Shown here piece after piece: positions 57,793 through 64,000 of a stretch of DNA of 64,000 bases. Where the stretch lies: positions 6,710 to 70,709 of IMG/VR virus record IMGVR_UViG_3300030329_002967; one strand, written 5' to 3'. Under the pieces are notes generated by a model. The model was not told the DNA's origin. It saw only the letters and a list, made by a program, of their open reading frames with translations, and did no database searches. Every line of letters starts with the position of its first letter. Position 1 is the stretch's first letter. Made by a program: the position numbers and the translations under genes. Source of the DNA: a virus.

Positions 57793-58157
57793 TTAATCAC
57801 TTTCTTACAGCCATTCTTATACTCTTTTACTACCTTAAATCCATATTTAATCATACAGGGGAAGGAGCTAGGGGTGCATACTGCCTCTATCGGTTTATCA
57901 TTAAAGGCAGACAAATGATACTCCAATAGCTTTCGGTACACTCCTCTAAGGCGATACTCTGGTCGAACATATATAGTCTTCAAAATATATTTAGTCGAAT
58001 AGACCTTTACTCCTGCCCATCCGAGCAACTTATCAGTTCCTTCAAGGAACGCCCCAAACAGATAATCTACATTAGTAAGAGTCAGCGAAGCCTTTTTCAT
58101 CTCCCTCGTATAAGGCTTTATCGCTTCTTGATCTATCTGTACTATTCTTACTTTCAC
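57789..58157 (-). CDS. GNAT acetyltransferase
   Basis: YVRPEYR.RGV...L acetyl-CoA motif A; KYGF. Confidence 0.85.
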   Translation of the reverse strand: MKVRIVQIDQEAIKPYTREMKKASLTLTNVDYLFGAFLEGTDKLLGWAGVKVYSTKYILKTIYVRPEYRLRGVYRKLLEYHLSAFNDKPIEAVCTPSSFPCMIKYGFKVVKEYKNGCKKVIK

Positions 58158-58843
58158 CTATTGTCAACCATAGCCATAAAAGTTTTACTGCTTACGCCAG
58201 ACTTCCAAACCTTAAACCTTGTTCCAAACTTAGATTTCATCATTCCTACAATCATAGCCTTAGGTAACTCAAAACAATGAAACTCAAAAACAGATAGTAC
58301 ACTACGATTAATAAAATCCTCCCCTGCTTTAGACCTAATAAAATTAATCTCACCTCCCTCTATATCCATCTTAACTATATACCTCCCAGCGTTCCGACAC
58401 TCTTTACGAGCTACAAAATCCTCAGTAGATAAAAGTAAAGCCATAGAGCTATGCAATTTATTACTAACCTTATTGGGCGCACCTATACTAAAATCACCAG
58501 AAAAACCTTCTCTTCGATAATAAATATTATTAGACGCAGTAATGCGTCCTACTCCAACCTTATGGGGTACAGCACTTGGGCATAACTTAGCCAAATTATA
58601 AGAAAGATCCTCAAACGTCTCTGGAACTGGCTCATAACAATGTATCTTTGCTTTTGGAAATAAGTCATTAGCTTTTATAGCGAACATACCAATGTTAGCT
58701 CCCACATCAAAAACAGTATCTATTCTTAAGTTCCTATACCCAGCCGTCTTATAGCAATCATTTTGTATCACCTCTTTAAAAGGATACTGAGCATAGCTCC
58801 TTGAAGGCTTAGCATAAGATAATATATAGTCTCTACTTATCAT
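58154..58843 (-). CDS. FkbM-family SAM methyltransferase
   Basis: DVGANIG.F, YEP.P, KMDIEGGE, EFH. Confidence 0.9.
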   Translation of the reverse strand: MISRDYILSYAKPSRSYAQYPFKEVIQNDCYKTAGYRNLRIDTVFDVGANIGMFAIKANDLFPKAKIHCYEPVPETFEDLSYNLAKLCPSAVPHKVGVGRITASNNIYYRREGFSGDFSIGAPNKVSNKLHSSMALLLSTEDFVARKECRNAGRYIVKMDIEGGEINFIRSKAGEDFINRSVLSVFEFHCFELPKAMIVGMMKSKFGTRFKVWKSGVSSKTFMAMVDNR

Positions 58844-59199
58844 TTTTCACCTGCTTTCAAGGCAACCTTATCTGAAGGCTTAGCATAAAACGGAAAGGGG
58901 TTCTTTATATCGTTAGGGACAGTATTTCCCTCTATCACTGCCCGATTAATAATTGAAGTAGTTTTTATCTCATAACCCATAGTCCAGTATGTATACCTAC
59001 CAAAATCAAAATATCTTAAAAGAGTCTTAAAGAAGAACGCATCACGCCCATATAACCTTATATGCTCAACAAAGCTAACAAACTCTTCGTCATCCCTACA
59101 TTTATTCCTAACCACATAGAAGTGAGGATACTTAGGCATTGTCTTAGCGTAAGTCCAATTATGTGATTCTATAAATCTAGTAATTTCTTTATGAGTCAC
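58840..59199 (-). CDS. conserved hypothetical protein
   Basis: W.YAKTMP..PH.Y, I...G, YWTMG, IINRA. Confidence 0.7.
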   Translation of the reverse strand: MTHKEITRFIESHNWTYAKTMPKYPHFYVVRNKCRDDEEFVSFVEHIRLYGRDAFFFKTLLRYFDFGRYTYWTMGYEIKTTSIINRAVIEGNTVPNDIKNPFPFYAKPSDKVALKAGEK

Positions 59200-59201
59200 A
59201 A

Positions 59202-59603
59202 TTATACACCGCTACAAAAATCATACCATCTTTCCAGCACCACTCTATCAACAAACACCGTATCTATAATAGTAGAAGTATTAACTGGATGCCTAGCCCT
59301 ATACCATCTCCCTTTCATAGAATGACAATACTTTGTACTCTCCCACTCATCTCCTTGGCGCAAATAAAGTATTACATAATCCCCACTACCTAGATCCTTT
59401 CGGTGAATCAATTCTTTATCCACTACCCACTTAACAGCATCCCAAAAATTATTATAAGCAAATAAAGAAGGGTCATCTACACTATTAAATATCCTACCGT
59501 TCTCCAAGATAGCTGGAAACTTTTCCTTAGTGGTAACATAAAATAAGACATCTTTAAGATACCCATACTTATCTACCGATAAATTATATTCCTTAGTTAT
59601 CAT
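59202..59603 (-). CDS. hypothetical protein, weak ADP-ribosyltransferase-fold resemblance
   Basis: LFYVTT......ILENG strand-helix pattern. Confidence 0.4.
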   Translation of the reverse strand: MITKEYNLSVDKYGYLKDVLFYVTTKEKFPAILENGRIFNSVDDPSLFAYNNFWDAVKWVVDKELIHRKDLGSGDYVILYLRQGDEWESTKYCHSMKGRWYRARHPVNTSTIIDTVFVDRVVLERWYDFCSGV

Positions 59604-59838
59604 CTAATACTAACTCACTCTGAGGATTAGAGCATACCGACTCCATTATTAATTGATCCCTAGCACTATCTTCATCAATATAATCCTTAAGAACCTCGCC
59701 AAGCCTAATAAAACGCAAAGCAATATGAGTAGGACACTTAGTCCCTAAACATCTAAACTGCTCTGGAAACTCAGGATAGGAATCCACATCTATACTCACC
59801 GCTTCATTAATAAAGCTATTAATCTCTTTAATATCCAT
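59593..59838 (-). CDS. hypothetical protein
   Basis: Coupled ORF. Confidence 0.5.
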   Translation of the reverse strand: MDIKEINSFINEAVSIDVDSYPEFPEQFRCLGTKCPTHIALRFIRLGEVLKDYIDEDSARDQLIMESVCSNPQSELVLDDN

Positions 59839-59903
59839 AACTTATAAAAATTATACTAACTAAGAATCGGGGCTTGGTCAACAATTTTTATTTGCATAAA
59901 TAA

Positions 59904-60269
59904 TCAAAAGCGACTTTTACTTGACCACTCATCCTGAGTGCAACTCACTAAAGAAACTACCCCTGCTCTTGTTAGAGGTAGATAAATCTTCTCCATCCCT
60001 ACCCATCTCATAGGAGCATCCTTCTCATTATATTCTTGTGCAAATCGATTAATTAAATCTTCCTGCTCTTTTAAATAAACCTCAGCAAGATATCCGTGCA
60101 TCTCTCTTTTGTGAGGAGGATACTTATCAGATAGCTTATCCAACTCCTTCATAAACTTTTTACCTATACGTTTATGCCTTTTAACTATCCTGTCTGCTGA
60201 CATTTTACTGTCATGCCAAGTAGTGCGTGTCCCATTGCGATACTCTCTTGTTACCCTGTATATATTCAT
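59904..60269 (-). CDS. hypothetical protein
   Basis: ORF. Confidence 0.55.
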   Translation of the reverse strand: MNIYRVTREYRNGTRTTWHDSKMSADRIVKRHKRIGKKFMKELDKLSDKYPPHKREMHGYLAEVYLKEQEDLINRFAQEYNEKDAPMRWVGMEKIYLPLTRAGVVSLVSCTQDEWSSKSRF

Positions 60270-60305
60270 TTAATTACTCAGTTATATGGTTTTATATTAA
60301 TTATA

Positions 60306-60812
60306 TTAGTTACCTCCTAAAATATTCTCAGTTTCCTCTCCTTCAAAAGCTGGATTATATCGCTGAACAGCACCCGGAGCTTCCTTCTCAGGATGATTAG
60401 TTACCGACCTACCATCGCTAAATCCTATAGGAAAACTAATTTTAGGGTCTGCGATAGCCCAGAGATGGTATTGATTTGAAGTGTCCACCAACCTAGACTC
60501 CGCTGGGTATAACTCCACCGCCTCGCACTCAGCACCAACCAAGTCATTCTTAATCTGCTGAAAGTCACGCCAATCCCTAGAAGGGCTACGGTCATGCGTC
60601 TTAATAGATAAGTGAAGCATCCTCTCTTCTTCCTTTCCGACGCTAAGGGGGGTAATAAATACTTGATAATAGCCATTAACAAACCACCGCTCTTCGGGAT
60701 TTTGTGAGTACGCAAGGCTCCCTCTATCGACTGGAACTTCTTCCCACGCCCACTTAGGATTTGCAATAATACAATACTTATTCCATCTCTTATTTTTCTT
60801 TCTCTTAGCCAT
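60306..60812 (-). CDS. conserved phage protein
   Basis: HLSI...D....W...Q.IK..L.G...EAVE.YP..S.LVD..N.YHLW; own promoter at 60818-60846. Confidence 0.8.
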   Translation of the reverse strand: MAKRKKNKRWNKYCIIANPKWAWEEVPVDRGSLAYSQNPEERWFVNGYYQVFITPLSVGKEEERMLHLSIKTHDRSPSRDWRDFQQIKNDLVGAECEAVELYPAESRLVDTSNQYHLWAIADPKISFPIGFSDGRSVTNHPEKEAPGAVQRYNPAFEGEETENILGGN

Positions 60813-60817
60813 GCCTT

Positions 60818-60846
60818 ATTATAACACAGGTCAAAACCTTTGTCAA
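60818..60846 (-). promoter_or_regulatory. promoter repeat
   Basis: TTGACA-17-TATAAT, ATG 5 nt downstream. Confidence 0.85.
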
Positions 60847-61027
60847 GAGAAAATATCAACTAATTTGTCTTCTTTAAAGGCAAAAAGCCAAAACCGTTAG
60901 CGCATAAAATATCGCAAAGATAGAAACTATTGCGAAAAACTCTAATGCTAACCCTTTAATAAACCTAACTCTATATCTCTTACGTCGGGAAGACACCCAC
61001 CTCGTAAACTCACTTCTTCTACTCATA

Positions 61028-61798
61028 CTAATATAACTGAATTGCTCTTCTTCTCTTACTTCTTACAGGATTAAAGAGTTTAGACCTATCGAATTTACCG
61101 CCGTTGATATCCCATATGGTATCGCTATCCACGTTCCATATCTTATTAACATCAATATATACGTTATATCCATTATACATCCTATGTTGCTCTGTAATCT
61201 CTTGCTTACTAAATTTACCATAGTTTAGATCACTGAGACAGCGATAATACACATCAATTATATCGCACTCTGTAATCTCCTTACCATCAACACTTAAGAA
61301 TGAATCCCTCCATTCCATAATCCTGCTACGAACTTGATTTTCTACAGCAGGAACCTCTGAATAACCCCCTCTAAGTTTATCCTTAAACCTTCTAAAAATA
61401 TTACAGTTATAACCCTCATCTATCCTAAAACTATTATGATAAGAGAACGCACCCTTATTTTTTAAGAAGAGGATGTTCTTGCCTAACCTTTCTAACTCCC
61501 TCCATTTTTCCGACATATCGGTAAGCTCCTCTCGCTTATGCGTTAGGTTTAGATTAGTCTCAACTGTTGACCTTGCCCCATAAAAAGTAAACGACCCTAG
61601 TATCACAGGCACAACATTAGTAGCACCAAACAAATCAAATACAGGAGCCTCATCCTTAATCCCATGATTAAAGAACGCCATTAAAGCAATTCCGTATATT
61701 TTGTCGCTATTTCCTTGCCTACACCACCCCATACGAACAGTTAAGGGCATCACTGAAGGCAACCTTCCTTTATTTATAACATCTGTATTCATAAGCAT
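61028..61798 (-). CDS. hypothetical protein with WGR-like elements
   Basis: GNSDKIY, YGAR, K..GGY.E. Confidence 0.5.
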   Translation of the reverse strand: MLMNTDVINKGRLPSVMPLTVRMGWCRQGNSDKIYGIALMAFFNHGIKDEAPVFDLFGATNVVPVILGSFTFYGARSTVETNLNLTHKREELTDMSEKWRELERLGKNILFLKNKGAFSYHNSFRIDEGYNCNIFRRFKDKLRGGYSEVPAVENQVRSRIMEWRDSFLSVDGKEITECDIIDVYYRCLSDLNYGKFSKQEITEQHRMYNGYNVYIDVNKIWNVDSDTIWDINGGKFDRSKLFNPVRSKRRRAIQLY

Positions 61799-61930
61799 TC
61801 ATTCATTCGCCTCTCGCCCTTAGCCCCAAGAATAAAACTAAAGGCAAGAGGACTTACATACGAACACTATACAGTACAGTATAATATACCTTCTATTATT
61901 TCTGTCAAGTAAATGTCCGTCCTCTTATCT

Positions 61931-61959
61931 AGTATAACACAGGTTAAAACCTTTGTCAA
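61931..61959 (-). promoter_or_regulatory. promoter repeat
   Basis: TTGACA-17-TATACT. Confidence 0.8.
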
Positions 61960-61987
61960 CTAAAAAGATATACTATTTGAACGCTGT

Positions 61988-63478
61988 TCAAATATCTACG
62001 GACTTAACCCTATCAGTAGTCATAAGATCATGTATCTGAAGCTCTACATAACTAGGCCAGCAACCTTCTCCACCTATCACAGACTTCACAACAGACACTA
62101 CTCCGCTAGGCTTCGTCTTACTTCCTCCATTAACTCTAGCCATAACAAACGGTAGTAACAACTTCGCACAATTATCAAAAGTAGAGGGAAACGCATAATT
62201 AGATAGCGCACAATCATTAATAGTTGCAGTAGAGTAATCCAATACAGACCTATCCCACTCAACCATAACCCTACCAAACATAGCTCTCATATAATCTATT
62301 ACATCGCTCATACCTAAATGGATAAGTGAACCATAAGTAATAAACCTTCCCTCCTCTCCCCATAACCTCTTATCATTTATCTTCCTAGTATGTAATGGGG
62401 TATCGCTATACTGATAATGGTAATCCCCAATAGCCCCCTCATCATCTAAGTCATACAGAGTTTTTGTCTGACCCTCTTTTACAAAAGAATCATACGCACC
62501 ACGACTCATAAAACTAACTGGTATAAAGCTCTCCCACTCATTTAATATATACTCCCTACAAAAATCAAACGCTCGTAAAACCTGCGAAGGCGTAGAATTA
62601 TCTACGGTCTTCTTTAAATCTGACTCTAAATTAGATCGCACACTATGTATTAGTATAGACTCATAATAATCCCTATCATCTGCTTTGTTATCAGTAATAT
62701 TTCCAGACCTCCATCTTCTATTACGGCAAGCATAAGAAGTCTCTTCCTCGGATGGGCTAGGCATACTTACGCTTTCGGACATTCTACAAACTAAAGACGC
62801 ACACATATCCCACAACTTATCATTACCGGGATAACTCTCTTTAAGTTCGTAACAAAGCCTATAACTAGATTTCACAAGATGACTAAAAGCATTACCCGAC
62901 ATAGCCTTAACACTCTCCATAGCAGACCTTAGGTCGGGTTTCTCAGGGCTACGCCCCTCCTCAGTAGTCTCATAAATATAAGCCTGTGACGCTCCTTCAA
63001 CTACAGCACAACCTAAACTAGCGTACTTCGCTACGAGTACCAAAAGCCGCTTCTCATCAATTAACAAGTCTGAATTATTTAACGCCTTACCCAAATCTGG
63101 CCCACTATATTCCCCCTCACGCACCCTCACTAACAATCCCAAAAAATTAACCGTACCACCTGACAATGAGCATACTTCCGGGTTAATACTAAAATCGAAT
63201 ATTGTATCTTCTACCTTATCCAACAAGCCATTAACGCTATTATCCTTATCAGATAAGCCGATTACCTTATTATAAATAGTAGAAGCAGTCCACGCCCATA
63301 CCAACGGCATTAACCCCCTATTACCATTAACCAAAGCTATGTTACAAGCCATATACATCTTCATAGAAGCATAAGCTAATATAGGATTCTTAGATTCAGA
63401 AGGGTCGTAAGGTAATTCGCCTAAAGCTTCAAGCCCCAAATTAATAGGGTTACCAACTGGATGATTTAATAAAGACAT
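61988..63478 (-). CDS. hypothetical protein with C-terminal DUF3626-like (putative ART-fold) domain
   Basis: G..KT.Y, R......LWG, YG.L, FG......, T.T..D, YVELQIH.......V pattern. Confidence 0.5.
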   Translation of the reverse strand: MSLLNHPVGNPINLGLEALGELPYDPSESKNPILAYASMKMYMACNIALVNGNRGLMPLVWAWTASTIYNKVIGLSDKDNSVNGLLDKVEDTIFDFSINPEVCSLSGGTVNFLGLLVRVREGEYSGPDLGKALNNSDLLIDEKRLLVLVAKYASLGCAVVEGASQAYIYETTEEGRSPEKPDLRSAMESVKAMSGNAFSHLVKSSYRLCYELKESYPGNDKLWDMCASLVCRMSESVSMPSPSEEETSYACRNRRWRSGNITDNKADDRDYYESILIHSVRSNLESDLKKTVDNSTPSQVLRAFDFCREYILNEWESFIPVSFMSRGAYDSFVKEGQTKTLYDLDDEGAIGDYHYQYSDTPLHTRKINDKRLWGEEGRFITYGSLIHLGMSDVIDYMRAMFGRVMVEWDRSVLDYSTATINDCALSNYAFPSTFDNCAKLLLPFVMARVNGGSKTKPSGVVSVVKSVIGGEGCWPSYVELQIHDLMTTDRVKSVDI

Positions 63479-63490
63479 TTATATAAAATA

Positions 63491-63516
63491 CCCCTACCAC
63501 CCTAAAGTGGTAGGGG
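63491..63516 (-). terminator. Rho-independent terminator
   Basis: CCCCTACCAC-6-GTGGTAGGGG followed by TATTTT on the minus strand. Confidence 0.7.
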
Positions 63517-63544
63517 CGCAATTATTGTTACAGTTACGTCGATA

Positions 63545-64000
63545 CTATACCGACAAGTCCAACCACTCGGTCACGATGTGATGCAAAGCCTGAGACTCAG
63601 AAGTATCACTACCAATAACGCTCTTAGCCTTATCAATAGCTTCCTCCCAAACCTTAGCTTGGTCATCGTGTGCAATAAAGGTGAACTTCACCTGAGTTGC
63701 AGTATCAAGATTACCGTGAGTCTCCTCCCCAGCATCAACCAACGCCTTACGAACCTTATCTCCAAGCTCATTTGAGGTACTGGTCTTAGCCTCATCAATC
63801 CACTCATCGACATTATCCGTATTGATAACCTTACGAAGAGGTAGCATCTGACGGAGCTTAGTCCATCCTATCTTACCAAGCTTAGACTCGGTAGTTACCT
63901 GAGAAAACATCTCATACAGGTCAACGTAATACGCCGCTGTTCGAGGCTCAATACCCAAGGTATCCTTAACGTAAGAATTAAATCCTACATTCCCTTCACT
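63545..64000 (-). CDS. hypothetical protein, 5'-truncated by the window edge
   Basis: Frame stays open to the window end; F..YV...LGI..RTA....Y, IGWTKL. Confidence 0.6.
   Translation of the reverse strand, partial: SEGNVGFNSYVKDTLGIEPRTAAYYVDLYEMFSQVTTESKLGKIGWTKLRQMLPLRKVINTDNVDEWIDEAKTSTSNELGDKVRKALVDAGEETHGNLDTATQVKFTFIAHDDQAKVWEEAIDKAKSVIGSDTSESQALHHIVTEWLDLSV

Larger units (their letters stand above)
1975..61991. repeat. dispersed palindrome TTGAAC-N3-GT(T/G)CAA, ~15 copies
   Basis: Starts at 1975, 12303, 15669, 20921, 27821, 34207, 37364, 39441 (inverted), 40785, 44959, 48432, 51563, 57372, 61977; one-mismatch copies at 7321 (inverted) and 40052. Confidence 0.85.

Noticed and set aside
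60425-60859. ORF-track entries beginning M...DKGF.LCYN (also the 1970 start)
   Set aside because: These are translations of the promoter repeat; the real genes start just downstream of the -10 box
1-64000. Prophage/integration module or alternative genetic code
   Set aside because: No integrase, repressor or host genes seen; long genes are intact under the standard code and all three stop codons are used

Overview
A 64-kb segment of an uncharacterised tailed dsDNA phage. Siphovirus-like morphology is inferred from the tape measure, a GGGAAAC tail-chaperone frameshift and the lack of a sheath gene. An overlapping spanin pair implies a Gram-negative host. Essentially all credible genes are on the minus strand. 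From low to high coordinates the modules are: replication (primase, UDG-like::PolA fusion, DnaB, lambda-O-like initiator with internal iterons); a Ycf46-type AAA/DUF1257/DUF2997 operon; lysis; tail; an HK97-type head with a 1224-aa fibre gene inside it; GroES; DNA ligase; an ~11-kb compositionally distinct early region (39.6-51 kb); terminase; and a ParB x3/IbrA/glycosyltransferase/GNAT/FkbM putative DNA-modification cluster. Features the ORF track does not explain: (i) about 25 near-identical sigma70 promoters that place an ATG 5-6 nt behind the -10 box, suggesting leaderless one-gene cassettes; (ii) about 10 stem-closed structured non-coding elements, including a tRNA-shaped RNA whose anticodon arm is replaced by a ~75-nt domain carrying a tmRNA-tag-like mini-ORF; (iii) about 15 copies of a TTGAAC-N3-GT(T/G)CAA palindrome spread over the whole window; (iv) two paralogous 20-aa hydrophobic peptides. 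Family assignments come from motif recognition by eye, with no database search.
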